From positions 482-64,481 of the forward strand of contig CAZRKQ010000019.1 in the NCBI GenBank assembly GCA_964600755.1: a DNA stretch of 64,000 bases, read 5' to 3'. How positions within the stretch are numbered: the stretch's first letter is position 1; each line of letters starts with the position of its first letter. The notes under the pieces are model-generated. The model was not told the origin of the DNA. It searched no databases and saw only the letters and a list, made by a program, of their open reading frames with translations. The DNA is from an uncultured Thiotrichaceae bacterium. Its GTDB lineage: Bacteria > Pseudomonadota > Gammaproteobacteria > SZUA-229. Position numbers and translations under genes: made by a program. Shown piece by piece: positions 1 to 9,482 of this stretch.

Positions 1-12
1 GCACAAAAAAAA

Positions 13-88
13 TGGAGCTGGTGGACGGAATCGAACCCCCGACCTGCTGATTACAAATCAGCTGCTCTACCAACTGAGCTACACCAGC
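13..88 (-). tRNA. tRNA-Thr, anticodon TGT
   Basis: The reverse complement folds as a 76-nt cloverleaf with a perfect 7-bp acceptor stem, GCTGGTG pairing with CACCAGC. The D arm reads AGCTCAGTTGGTAGAGC, the anticodon loop is TTTGTAA, the T-loop is TTCGATT and the 3' end is CCA. One G-G mismatch sits in the T-stem. Confidence 0.85.
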
Positions 89-275
89 ATATTTGTATAA
101 ATTTTACTTTCCTGGCACTCGGACTCCTGTCCTCGCCTAGATCCGACCGATCCCGGCCCAGGGTACAGAGTAACGCCAGTTATAAGGCGGGGGATTTTAG
201 GGGTTGGGCCCTGTTAAAGCAACCAGTTCACCTGTCTTTTACCAAGATTTCCGCTACGAATTCAGCATGTCAATT

Positions 276-1112
276 TCAGCCACAGGCTCGATTAAGTCGC
301 TGCGACGAATTTTCCAGGTGATCATCAAATATCTGTTGAGGAATTTCATTGCCCGCCTTGATTCTGTAATCCAGCCAGAAAATGGTATAGCTACGGAATA
401 CCGGCTCAGCGGTGGCATCGAAACCGAGTTTACGAACGCGGTCGGCATGACGGTAAGCCCTGCTCTTATCACTGAAAAAGCCAAGTGAAATGCCATTTTT
501 GTTTGGGCCATCAGTGATGATGAAATAATCCCTGATATTATTATTTACCAGTTCCTTGATCAGGTCTTTGGCCTCCTGCTTGCTGCCAACAGGCCTGACA
601 AACACGCGGAACATGGTTTGCTGCTGTTCTTGCTTGCTTCTAAAAGATGCCTCAACCACGTAATCCTTGATCTCACGCGTTACCAGCCGAAGAGTTTTCA
701 TTTCGCTGAACGGTCCCAATGTATAGCAAAGATCACCAGTTGGCCTGGTTATCGGCTTTTCGGCGGGTTTATCATCCCGCATGTCCGCAACTGCCACAGC
801 AGCAGCACCCTGATCGATTACAACAGTCTGTGCCGGCTGCATTTGTGATTTTTTGGTTTGTGATTGTTGCAATGATTTCGCATCTGCATCTGGCAACTTG
901 GCTTCAGACTCTTGCGCGGTTGCCGGTATGGGCAGCTGGGCAATATCCTGTTTTGCCACTGTCTCTGCCTCCAGTTCTCGCAACAGCACTATTCGTTCCA
1001 CACCTTTTGGCAGCACAGCTTTATTTGCAGGCTGAGGATGCTCGCGGTTGAGTTCCCACGCGACGTAACCAACATTGAGGGCCAGAAGCAGTAAGAAAAA
1101 CCAGCGCATCAA
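276..1112 (-). CDS. SPOR-domain protein with an N-terminal membrane anchor and two C-terminal SPOR-like repeats
   Basis: ORF track gives 278 aa. The N-terminus MMRWFFLLLLALNVGY is hydrophobic. The C-terminal repeats FRVFVRPVGSKQEAKDLIKEL and ISLGFFSDKSRAYRHADRVRKLGF resemble SPOR domains. The birA-coaX-SPOR-tRNA order is a conserved arrangement. Confidence 0.6.
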   Translation of the reverse strand: MMRWFFLLLLALNVGYVAWELNREHPQPANKAVLPKGVERIVLLRELEAETVAKQDIAQLPIPATAQESEAKLPDADAKSLQQSQTKKSQMQPAQTVVIDQGAAAVAVADMRDDKPAEKPITRPTGDLCYTLGPFSEMKTLRLVTREIKDYVVEASFRSKQEQQQTMFRVFVRPVGSKQEAKDLIKELVNNNIRDYFIITDGPNKNGISLGFFSDKSRAYRHADRVRKLGFDATAEPVFRSYTIFWLDYRIKAGNEIPQQIFDDHLENSSQRLNRACG

Positions 1113-1859
1113 TCAGTTTCCAGCAACCTGACTTTCAGCTACCGCGTGCAGCCCTATCAACACGAGATTGGGTTCATGCAGCATTTGAGGCAGACCGTTT
1201 AGCGACAGTATCTGTTCCGACATTCCGCCGGTTATTATTATTTTCATTTTGCTCCCGAGATATTGCCCGGCTGACTCACATATTTCAACCAATGCTGCCT
1301 GCAACATGTGCAGTGTACCACTGCTTACCGCATCAGCTGTGTTATTGGCAAAAGCAGTTAGTTTGCCATCTGTTTGATGAATGCCAGCCGTATCATTTAG
1401 CAAGGCTTCATGCATCATTCGCAGCCCCGGTAAAATGCGTCCACCCTTATGCATACCATCAGCTTCCATCAAGTCAACGGTAATAGCCGTACCTGCATCA
1501 ATGATACATACAGGACCATCATAGAGTGAATGCGCGCCGTGTAATGCAGCCCAGCGGTCGACGCCATGCTGAGAGGGGTCGGTATAAGCATTGGTTATGT
1601 CATTAAGTTTCGCAGTGGTACGTAAAAACTCGGGTTTAACTGACCAGTGCGCCTGCATCCACTGCTTCAATGCGTGCTCAACAGATTCTCCTGCAACGCA
1701 GGCAACAATGACCCGCTTCTCTGGCTGTATCCCATTCCAGACAGAAAACATATATTCTGGTTCCTGCTTCGAATAACCAAAGGAACCAGTTTGAAGTATG
1801 CCCGCATCTTTCCATACAGCCCATTTAATATGGGTGTTACCGATATCTATCGTCAACAT
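1113..1859 (-). CDS. coaX: type III pantothenate kinase
   Basis: The N-terminus MLTIDIGNTHIKWAVW is the typical CoaX start. Length is 248 aa, and the gene overlaps the birA stop. Confidence 0.9.
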   Translation of the reverse strand: MLTIDIGNTHIKWAVWKDAGILQTGSFGYSKQEPEYMFSVWNGIQPEKRVIVACVAGESVEHALKQWMQAHWSVKPEFLRTTAKLNDITNAYTDPSQHGVDRWAALHGAHSLYDGPVCIIDAGTAITVDLMEADGMHKGGRILPGLRMMHEALLNDTAGIHQTDGKLTAFANNTADAVSSGTLHMLQAALVEICESAGQYLGSKMKIIITGGMSEQILSLNGLPQMLHEPNLVLIGLHAVAESQVAGN

Positions 1860-2680
1860 AAATCACCTGCTTCAGGCTGATCACTCAACTTTCTCAAACT
1901 GACATCTGCACTGTTGAATACACGTTCATTTCCTTCTATCAAAACTCGCAGCTCACCGATTTCATTGATGCCAAGTACTGTACCCGTTAATTGATCGCCT
2001 TTTTCGAGATGCACACTAACTTGCTTACCTTTCAACGCATCGAGCTCATGTTTAAAATCCGATAATAGTGCAGTTGATTTCTGCTGATATAGACGACACA
2101 TGCTAACTGCTTCATTTAGCAGCATTGCCGCCAATGAACTTCTATCTGGAATAATGCCATCGCTTGAATGTGCAACATCAGCCCAGCACATTTCACTATC
2201 AGGCGTTATATTTTCCGGCATCCGGTAATTAAGGCCTATACCTATCACGGCATTACAGCTGTTTGCACGAACATCGCTCGTTTCAACAAGTATGCCCGCA
2301 ATCTTTTCGTTACTTATCAGTACATCATTAGGCCACTTGAGCCATGCGTCATTTATTCCGATTTTATTCAGTGCCTTGATGACAGCGACGCCGAGAGCCA
2401 TCGACAATATACCCAATCTATCTGCTGACATCTCAAAATGCCAGGCAAGACTCATATAGATATTTGCACCTGGCGGCGACAGCCAGTGCCTCCCTCTACG
2501 TCCGCGCCCTTTGCTTTGATGGTCGGAAACACAAACAAAAGGCGGCTCCCTGCCTCGCTTGAGCTCTTCAAGTGACCAGTCATTGGTCGAATCGATAGAA
2601 TCGAAAAAATGAACACCACCCGGAAACACGCCCCCCTCGATTTGCTGCTGAACAATTTCTTTGTCGTATTTATTTGTCAT
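1853..2680 (-). CDS. birA: biotin--[acetyl-CoA-carboxylase] ligase, with no N-terminal HTH domain
   Basis: The GRGRRGRHW motif and overall BirA-like sequence are present. Length is 275 aa. Confidence 0.9.
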   Translation of the reverse strand: MTNKYDKEIVQQQIEGGVFPGGVHFFDSIDSTNDWSLEELKRGREPPFVCVSDHQSKGRGRRGRHWLSPPGANIYMSLAWHFEMSADRLGILSMALGVAVIKALNKIGINDAWLKWPNDVLISNEKIAGILVETSDVRANSCNAVIGIGLNYRMPENITPDSEMCWADVAHSSDGIIPDRSSLAAMLLNEAVSMCRLYQQKSTALLSDFKHELDALKGKQVSVHLEKGDQLTGTVLGINEIGELRVLIEGNERVFNSADVSLRKLSDQPEAGDLC

Positions 2681-2720
2681 TAGAATTTATAAACCAGACA
2701 CCGGTGTAAGATATGGCACC

Positions 2721-3077
2721 ATGAAAAAGCACGATGAATTTGTCGACTATTTGCTCGAATTGATGCAACCACTTGGACCGGTATCGGCCAGAGCAATGTT
2801 CGGCGGTTACGGCATTTATATCGATGACCTGATGTTTGCCCTTGTCGCCGATGATGTGCTCTATTTTAAAACCGACACTTCAAACCTGACCGACTTTGAA
2901 CAACGTGGACTACCGCCATTCTCCTACCAGCGAAATGGTAAACCTTACAACATGTCCTACAATGAAGCACCTGCTGAAGTCATGGATGATGCCGAGGCAA
3001 TGTACCTGTGGGCAAACAAGGCCATTGAAGCGGCCCTGAAAAACAGAAAACCCGGCAAAAAAGCACGCAGAGAATGA
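2721..3077 (+). CDS. TfoX/Sxy N-terminal-domain protein, a competence-regulator family member lacking the C-terminal domain
   Basis: Residues MKKHDEFVDYLLELMQPLGPVSARAMFGGYGIYIDDLMFALVADDVLYFKTD match the TfoX_N domain. The ORF-track ORF begins at 2661; the internal Met at 2721 is the more likely start. Confidence 0.6.
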   Translation: MKKHDEFVDYLLELMQPLGPVSARAMFGGYGIYIDDLMFALVADDVLYFKTDTSNLTDFEQRGLPPFSYQRNGKPYNMSYNEAPAEVMDDAEAMYLWANKAIEAALKNRKPGKKARRE

Positions 3078-4414
3078 ATAACTACCTGCACGCCCCTGTG
3101 CGCAGCAAGAATATGCCTGGCGGCATTCCCTACATTATCGGTAATGAGGCCGCCGAGCGTTTCAGTTTCTACGGCATGCGGGCGATTCTGGTCGTATTCA
3201 TGACGCAATACCTGATGGGTGCAGGTAACAATATTGATGCGATGAACGCTGACGAGGCCAAGGGCTGGTATCACCTGTTTGTCTCCGCGGTATACCTCAC
3301 ACCAATACTGGGTGCTGTTTTATCAGACGGCCTGTTGGGTAAGTTCCGCACCATTGTATTGCTGTCTATTGTCTACACCCTGGGCCATTTCACGCTGGCA
3401 CTGGATGATACCCGCCTCGGTCTTGCAATCGGATTGGGGCTCATAGCCATGGGTGCAGGTGGAATCAAACCCTGCGTTTCCGCTCACGTCGGAGACCAGT
3501 TCGGCGTCACCAACAGCCATTTGTTGCCGCGTGTATTCGGCTGGTTTTATTTCTCGATCAATCTCGGAGCTTTTGCCTCATCACTGCTGACCCCCTGGCT
3601 ACTGTATAACTACGGGGCCTCGGTTGCATTTGGCGTACCCGGCATATTGATGCTGCTTGCCACCGTAACCTTCTGGGCAGGCCGCTACAAATTCGTACAT
3701 ATTCCTCCCGGCGGCAAACACTTCATACGTGAGGTCTTCAGCAAAAGCGGTTTCAATGCAATTGCCAAACTCAGCATCCTCTATTTGTTCGTCGCAATGT
3801 TCTGGGCCCTGTTTGACCAGACCGGTTCGGCATGGGTGCTGCAGGCACAAAACATGGAACGGAATATATTCGGTATTGAACTGCTGCCAGCGCAGATCCA
3901 GGCGGCCAATCCTTTGCTGGTCATGCTGCTGATACCTTTGTTCTCTTACGTGTTATATCCGCAACTTGATAAAGTGATCAAGCTCACACCACTACGCAAA
4001 ATAGCCATTGGTATGTTCATCACAGTGGTCGCCTTCACGATTGCCTCGCTGGCACAGGAAAGAATTGATCGCGGCAGCGTGCCTCACATCAGCTGGCAAT
4101 TGCTTGCCTATGCTGCACTGACTTCTGCAGAAGTCATGGTTTCGATTACCTGCCTGGAATTCTCCTACACACAGGCACCGGCCAGAATGAAATCATTCAT
4201 CATGGCTTTCTTCATGATGTCTATTGCAGCCGGCAACCTGTTCACCAGCACTGTGAATTTCTTCATCCAGAACCCGGATGGCAGCAGCAAACTTGAAGGT
4301 GCGGACTATTACTGGTTTTTTACACTGATGATGTTCGCAACCTCACTGCTGTTTTTACTGGTTGTGAAGTTCTATCGCGAAAAAACATATATTCATCACG
4401 AGCAGCCGGCATGA
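3074..4414 (+). CDS. proton-dependent oligopeptide transporter of the POT/PTR2 family (MFS)
   Basis: The ERFSFYGMRAIL PTR2 signature and a multi-pass hydrophobic profile are present. Length is 446 aa. The start overlaps the TfoX-N stop as ATGA. Confidence 0.75.
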   Translation: MNNYLHAPVRSKNMPGGIPYIIGNEAAERFSFYGMRAILVVFMTQYLMGAGNNIDAMNADEAKGWYHLFVSAVYLTPILGAVLSDGLLGKFRTIVLLSIVYTLGHFTLALDDTRLGLAIGLGLIAMGAGGIKPCVSAHVGDQFGVTNSHLLPRVFGWFYFSINLGAFASSLLTPWLLYNYGASVAFGVPGILMLLATVTFWAGRYKFVHIPPGGKHFIREVFSKSGFNAIAKLSILYLFVAMFWALFDQTGSAWVLQAQNMERNIFGIELLPAQIQAANPLLVMLLIPLFSYVLYPQLDKVIKLTPLRKIAIGMFITVVAFTIASLAQERIDRGSVPHISWQLLAYAALTSAEVMVSITCLEFSYTQAPARMKSFIMAFFMMSIAAGNLFTSTVNFFIQNPDGSSKLEGADYYWFFTLMMFATSLLFLLVVKFYREKTYIHHEQPA

Positions 4415-4435
4415 TGTTGTAGAATACCTCGCCAT

Positions 4436-6127
4436 ATGAAACCTGCAGACAACATTACAATGGACGAAAAAGAAAACGTTCAAACCAACTTTATTCGAAA
4501 TATCATCGATGCCGATCTGGCTTCGGGAAAACATACTTCTGTTTATACGCGTTTCCCGCCTGAACCAAACGGTTATCTGCACATAGGTCATGCTAAATCC
4601 ATCTGCCTGAACTTCGGTATAGCCAGAGATTACAATGGTAACTGCAACCTGCGATTTGACGACACAAATCCGGACAAGGAAGAAGAAGAGTACATGCATG
4701 CCATCATGGAGGATGTGAAATGGCTGGGTTTTGAATGGACTGAAGAAAAGCACGCCTCGGATTACTTCGAGCATCTCTATATGTATGCCGTCAAATTGAT
4801 ACTGGCTGGCAAGGCTTATGTTGATTCGCAAAGCGCTGATGATATTCGTAACACACGTGGTACGTTAAAACAGCCCGGCCAGGAAAGCCCATACCGCAAC
4901 CGTGATATCCAGGAAAGCCTGGGCATATTCCAGCGCATGAAAGAAGGCGAGTTTGCCGATGGTGAGCATGTATTGCGCGCCAAAATAGACATGGCTTCGC
5001 CCAATATCAACATGCGTGATCCAGTACTGTATCGTATCAAGCGCACCCATCATCACCGCACTGGTGACGACTGGGTCATCTATCCGATGTACGATTTCAC
5101 ACATTGCCTGTCTGATGCCTTTGAAGGCATCACGCATTCGATCTGCACACTCGAATTTGAAGACCACCGCCCGTTGTATGACTGGGTACTGGATGAATCG
5201 GAGGCGCCATGTCATCCACAACAAATAGAGTTTGCCCGCCTGCAGCTCAAGTATACGGTTACCAGTAAACGCAAACTGCACCAGCTGGTTCATGAGAATC
5301 ACGTCGATGGCTGGGACGACCCGCGCATGCCAACCATATCCGGTATGCGCCGCCGTGGATTTACCCCGGCATCGATTCGCGACTTCTGTGATCGCATTGG
5401 TGTTACAAAGAAAGACAGCTTCATCGAAATGGCTGTACTCGAGAATTCTGCGCGCGAGGACCTGAATGAGCATGCATTGCGCGTGATGGCTGTACTCAAC
5501 CCACTGAAAGTCACCATAGAAAATTATCCCGATGACCAGGTTGAGATGATGGAGGCGCAAAACCATCCACAACATCCGGAGATGGGTACGCGTGAAGTTC
5601 CGTTTTCAAAGACAATATACATTGAACGCGATGACTACATGGAAGATGCGCCAAAAAAATTCTTCCGCTTAACTATCGGCCGTGAAGTGCGCTTACGTTA
5701 TGCCTATTACGTGACCTGTACCGATGTGATAAAAGATGACAGTGGTGAAGTCATTGAACTGATCTGCAGCTATGACCCTGCAACTCGTGGCGGCGATTCA
5801 GCGGACGGACGCAAGGTCAAGGGCACCATACACTGGGTATCAGCACAGCACGCAATCGATGCAAAAGTTAATCTGTACGACCGTCTGTTTACGCACCCTG
5901 ATCCCGGTAGTAGCGAAAACTTTATTGAACTCATGAACCCTGATTCATTGATAAAACTCGAAGATTGCAAACTGGAACCTTCACTGGCCGAAGCAGATCC
6001 GAATAAACACTACCAGTTTGAACGCACCGGTTACTTCGTCAGAGACAGTCTTGAGCAAGCACCAGTATTCAACCGCACTGTCACCCTGCGTGATACCTGG
6101 GCCAAGATCGACAAGCAGAATGCATAA
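4436..6127 (+). CDS. glnS: glutaminyl-tRNA synthetase
   Basis: [17 protein letters not shown] and the HIGH-region [14 protein letters not shown] are present. Length is 563 aa. Confidence 0.95.
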   Translation: MKPADNITMDEKENVQTNFIRNIIDADLASGKHTSVYTRFPPEPNGYLHIGHAKSICLNFGIARDYNGNCNLRFDDTNPDKEEEEYMHAIMEDVKWLGFEWTEEKHASDYFEHLYMYAVKLILAGKAYVDSQSADDIRNTRGTLKQPGQESPYRNRDIQESLGIFQRMKEGEFADGEHVLRAKIDMASPNINMRDPVLYRIKRTHHHRTGDDWVIYPMYDFTHCLSDAFEGITHSICTLEFEDHRPLYDWVLDESEAPCHPQQIEFARLQLKYTVTSKRKLHQLVHENHVDGWDDPRMPTISGMRRRGFTPASIRDFCDRIGVTKKDSFIEMAVLENSAREDLNEHALRVMAVLNPLKVTIENYPDDQVEMMEAQNHPQHPEMGTREVPFSKTIYIERDDYMEDAPKKFFRLTIGREVRLRYAYYVTCTDVIKDDSGEVIELICSYDPATRGGDSADGRKVKGTIHWVSAQHAIDAKVNLYDRLFTHPDPGSSENFIELMNPDSLIKLEDCKLEPSLAEADPNKHYQFERTGYFVRDSLEQAPVFNRTVTLRDTWAKIDKQNA

Positions 6128-6150
6128 ACCAGGATGAAGATAATGCTTTT

Positions 6151-6329
6151 AACGCAAAGGCGCAAAGACGCGAAGGACGCAAAGAATAATTTTTTATAGG
6201 TGTGTAAATTACATCCTGTCATCTCGACCGAAGGGAGAGATCTCGTGATGACATTGTGCTTTTGATGTCGTATCAACCAACACAACATCTGTCACCTTTG
6301 CGTCCTTCTCGTCTTTGCGCCTTTGCGTT
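6151..6329. repeat. Inverted-repeat element A of the GCAAAG-hexamer family
   Basis: Left arm AACGCAAAGGCGCAAAGACGCGAAGGACGCAAAG occupies 6151-6184. Right arm CTTTGCGTCCTTCTCGTCTTTGCGCCTTTGCGTT occupies 6296-6329. The arms are near-perfect reverse complements, and the centre contains a nested palindrome TGTCATC..GATGACA. Confidence 0.75.
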
Positions 6330-6342
6330 GAAACGAATTAAT

Positions 6343-6885
6343 CTAGTTTTCACCCCAGTCGATGGTTGAATGTGGCGGTTTCTTGCTGGACTCCGGGTTC
6401 AGATACATACTGAAGTTTCTTGTTCTCTGTGACCCGAGCAGGTATAGCGTGAGCCTGCCTTCCATTCGGTAGTTATCATTTCCAAGATTTAAATCATCAT
6501 ACAAAATACTGGTAATCCAGTAGCCCTCATGGTCAATGCGATTTGAAAGACTCGCAGCTTGATCCTGCAGCCTGGTTAGTTTATTTGTTGTTGTATTGGT
6601 CAATACCAGCCTGTTAATACCTATACGTACAACTTCCCTTGTTTTTGAGCGGTACTGGACCAGCAGTGAATCTCGCGCCTGCTGTTGTGGAACACTGATC
6701 CTCAGCTCACCTTTGTAAACCTGTATAGCAGTCGTGTCTGCAATAATTACTGGCGCAAACAACAAGCTCACACTCACCAGCAAGCCAAGTGCCGTACATT
6801 TAAGCATATTCATCCTGCGCTTCCGTATTGTGTATTGGTAAATCAAAGCAACCACTATTGTCATAGACCAGACAACAATGAACAT
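6343..6885 (-). CDS. hypothetical secreted or membrane-anchored protein
   Basis: ORF track gives 180 aa. An internal Met at 6813 begins a signal-peptide-like segment MNMLKCTALGLLVSVSLLFAPVIIA. The start ATG overlaps the stop of the upstream CCA-like gene as TAATG. Confidence 0.5.
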   Translation of the reverse strand: MFIVVWSMTIVVALIYQYTIRKRRMNMLKCTALGLLVSVSLLFAPVIIADTTAIQVYKGELRISVPQQQARDSLLVQYRSKTREVVRIGINRLVLTNTTTNKLTRLQDQAASLSNRIDHEGYWITSILYDDLNLGNDNYRMEGRLTLYLLGSQRTRNFSMYLNPESSKKPPHSTIDWGEN

Positions 6886-7739
6886 TATCCATCTTTATTA
6901 TTCTTTCGCTCTTTAAATAAAGCATCCAGTCCGAATGAATTAAAAACAGCATCTGCTATAGCTCCAAGCGCCTCATAGAAAGTTTTCACCACAGTTGAAA
7001 TATTATCTGTTTCAGCAGCGGCCCGATCGAGAGACCGCAATGCATCAGGCAGGCAGTTTTCAGAATCATGTTGTTTTTGGCTGGCATTTTTATCACATTC
7101 TTCAAACAAGGCATCCAGCTCCTTACTGATTAGCTGCAAGGCACCACAACGGTGAAGAACATGGAAAAATTCCGATGGCCGCGGTGAGGCCATTACCTGT
7201 AAAACGGCGTCACTGATAGCATACCGCGGGATCTGCTCGACCGCACCCGACGCGGCCATTTCTTTCATCAGAGCGAACGTAGCGTGTGCAATACTGAAAC
7301 CCCATGCTGTCAGTCTTGCTGCCCACACAGCTGTCGTTAACAGGTTTTGCGGTATACGTACAAAGTGTGGCGTGACATGCCGCAACACGCCCTCAATAAG
7401 GTCTTCCTGGCCATCATATGGATCGATGATATCGTCACCATCGCTCGCCATGGCAAGAATTGTCAGCGCTCGTGTAGCAAGCTCATTTTCCAGCGTCACA
7501 CCATCATCACATTGATATCGCAGCTGGCCTGATTCCTGGTCAAGGTACTGATGCCGGGCGAGTTGGTATGAATCGCCTGATTCGGCATGGGTGAAGCGTG
7601 TTTCATCAACCTGGTGGCGCTGAAAGCCCGCAGCGATTATCTCATCGGCTTGTGCACCGCTTATGATCCACTCTGTTCGTTGCAGCGGGAGATCAAGTAA
7701 CCGACACGTAATAGTTTCACCTGCGGGATAGAACTGCAT
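6885..7739 (-). CDS. truncated CCA-adding-enzyme (class II nucleotidyltransferase) paralogue with degenerate catalytic motifs
   Basis: Residues 1 to about 215 align without gaps to the E. coli Cca head and neck regions, including IIDPY, LRHV and VFFQVL/EFFHVL with CGAL. GGAVRD is replaced by AGETIT, DRD by QRTE, and RRD by TRA. There is no HD domain, and total length is only 284 aa. Confidence 0.7.
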   Translation of the reverse strand: MQFYPAGETITCRLLDLPLQRTEWIISGAQADEIIAAGFQRHQVDETRFTHAESGDSYQLARHQYLDQESGQLRYQCDDGVTLENELATRALTILAMASDGDDIIDPYDGQEDLIEGVLRHVTPHFVRIPQNLLTTAVWAARLTAWGFSIAHATFALMKEMAASGAVEQIPRYAISDAVLQVMASPRPSEFFHVLHRCGALQLISKELDALFEECDKNASQKQHDSENCLPDALRSLDRAAAETDNISTVVKTFYEALGAIADAVFNSFGLDALFKERKNNKDG

Positions 7740-7780
7740 TCAAGATCAAACCATAATGAGAGTGAAATGACTGATACAGT

Positions 7781-8060
7781 TTACCTGTATATTATGCGAT
7801 AGATTGCATCCGCATAATCATCAGACACCAGTATGGAGCCATCCGGCAGGTTAATTACGTCCACTGGCATGCACCTTGCCGGCATTGCGTGAACCGACAA
7901 AGACGGTCGCTTTATCACCAAGCGCCATTTGTCTTGCATTCTCGACCTGTGCGTACAGTTCGACCTGAAAGCGTGGAGGCAGCTTGAGCTCACCAAGAGG
8001 CAGTTCGGCGGTAGAAACCGAGAGGATTCCAGCACTGAAAATTAAACACAGCATGCGCAA
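7781..8060 (-). pseudogene. remnant of a PQQ-dependent soluble sugar (glucose/sorbosone) dehydrogenase with an internal deletion and frameshift
   Basis: The 7851..8060 ORF encodes a signal peptide plus N-terminal motif FQVELYAQVENARQMALGDKATVFVG. A different frame, 7781..~7866, encodes the extreme C-terminus PVDVINLPDGSILVSDDYADAIYRIIYR. About 300 central residues are missing. Confidence 0.45.
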
Positions 8061-8167
8061 AGCTTAACAGGATGATGTTATGCAGCGCGGCCTTAAACCG
8101 GGCAGTTGCCTGGGAAGTAGAGACCCAAAACTCATGACCTCATTATATTTATCAGCCCAGGGACAGG

Positions 8168-9370
8168 CTATTTCATAGCCACTCTGGCAAATTTTCGCTT
8201 ACCGACCTGGAACACGCTCTCGGTTCCTGAAGTTATCCTCAGTGACTTGTCCGATACCTTGTCGCCATCTATTTTTACCGCACCTTGCTGCACCATGCGC
8301 ATCGCTTCGGATGTGCTGCTGCACAAGCCGGCGTCTTTCAGCAGGTTTGCAATAGGGTAGCCATCCTCGCCAGCCTCAAACACGTGTTGCGGAATATCAT
8401 CAGGAATCGCGCCCCTGGCAAATTGCGCAATAAAACCTTCGCGAGCGCTGCTTGCTTCTTCCTGTGAATGAAAACGTGCAATGATTTCCTCTGCCAGCAT
8501 AAACTTGATGTCCCGCGGATTCTTGCCGGTCGCGATATTCTGTTTATAGGCTTCAATTTCTGTCATTGGCCGGAAGCTCAACAATTCGAAGTAGCGCCAC
8601 ATCAGCTCATCGGAAATCGACATGATTTTGCCAAACATGTCTTTTGGCTCATCAGCAATGCCGATGTAGTTATTGAGTGACTTCGACATCTTCTGCACAC
8701 CGTCCAGTCCTTCCAGAATAGGCATGGTCAGCACCACCTGCGGCTTCTGCCCATGCTGCTCCTGCAACTGGCGTCCCATCAGCAGATTAAATTTCTGGTC
8801 GGTCCCGCCGAGTTCAACATCGGCTTCAAGCTCAACCGAGTCATAACCCTGTATCAACGGATAGAGGAATTCATGTATCGCAATGGCCTGGCCGCTGTTG
8901 TAGCGCTTGCTGAAGTCATCACGTTCAAGCATGCGCGCAACTGTGCTACTTGCAGCCAGCTTGATCATATCAGCGCTGTTCTTGCGAGCCATCCACTCGG
9001 AATTGAAAACCACCTTGGTTTTTTCATGGTCCAGGATCTTGAATATCTGCTGCTGGTAGGTCGTGGCATTCTCGTGCACTTCAGCCTGCGTCAGCGGTGG
9101 CCTGGTAGCACTTTTGCCGGTCGGATCACCGATCATGCCGGTGAAGTCACCAATCAGAAACAGCACCTCGTGCCCCAGGTCCTGGAACTGTTTGAGCTTG
9201 TTGATGAGCACCGTGTGGCCAAGATGTAAATCGGGTGCAGTCGGGTCAAAACCTGCCTTGATTTTCAGCGGCCGACCCTGCTTCAGTTTCGCAATGAGCT
9301 CTTCTTCGACGAGTATCTCGTCGGCGCCTCGGCGGATAATATTTAGTTGCTCATCTATGGCCGTCATCAC
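8168..9370 (-). CDS. tyrS: tyrosyl-tRNA synthetase
   Basis: The HIGH-like motif PDLHLGHTV and KMSKS are present. The likely start is MTAIDEQLN at 9370; the ORF-track ORF extends to 9421. Confidence 0.9.
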   Translation of the reverse strand: MMTAIDEQLNIIRRGADEILVEEELIAKLKQGRPLKIKAGFDPTAPDLHLGHTVLINKLKQFQDLGHEVLFLIGDFTGMIGDPTGKSATRPPLTQAEVHENATTYQQQIFKILDHEKTKVVFNSEWMARKNSADMIKLAASSTVARMLERDDFSKRYNSGQAIAIHEFLYPLIQGYDSVELEADVELGGTDQKFNLLMGRQLQEQHGQKPQVVLTMPILEGLDGVQKMSKSLNNYIGIADEPKDMFGKIMSISDELMWRYFELLSFRPMTEIEAYKQNIATGKNPRDIKFMLAEEIIARFHSQEEASSAREGFIAQFARGAIPDDIPQHVFEAGEDGYPIANLLKDAGLCSSTSEAMRMVQQGAVKIDGDKVSDKSLRITSGTESVFQVGKRKFARVAMK

Positions 9371-9482
9371 TGGTTCCCGGTGCAAAAGGCGTATAAGATA
9401 CCTTCCGACTGGAATAATCACAAGAAACTGTTTCCCAGCATGTTAAATGCGCTGAAAAAAGTTCGAAATATGTCCAGTATTG

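Noticed and set aside
13-88. The tRNA-Thr has a G-G mismatch at T-stem pair 51-63, which might indicate a pseudo-tRNA.
   Set aside because: The acceptor, D and anticodon arms are perfect, and a single T-stem mismatch is tolerated in many functional tRNAs. I kept it as a genuine tRNA.
95-260. Hairpins such as GGACTCCTGTCC and GGCCC...GGGCC lie between tRNA-Thr and the SPOR gene. I considered a second tRNA (Gly or Tyr usually follow Thr here) or a tRNA-like att remnant.
   Set aside because: No cloverleaf can be drawn. There is no T-loop or anticodon-arm geometry, and no acceptor stem with CCA. The hairpins are most simply the SPOR-gene terminator region.
4355-5575. Several antisense or out-of-frame ORFs of 60 to 236 aa overlap glnS. 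Similar ones overlap the citrate synthase gene (12767-13498), mrp (21656-22279), metG, secA, ftsA and the mur genes.
   Set aside because: They lie entirely inside long well-supported genes on the other strand or frame and have no recognisable motifs. They are typical spurious ORFs.
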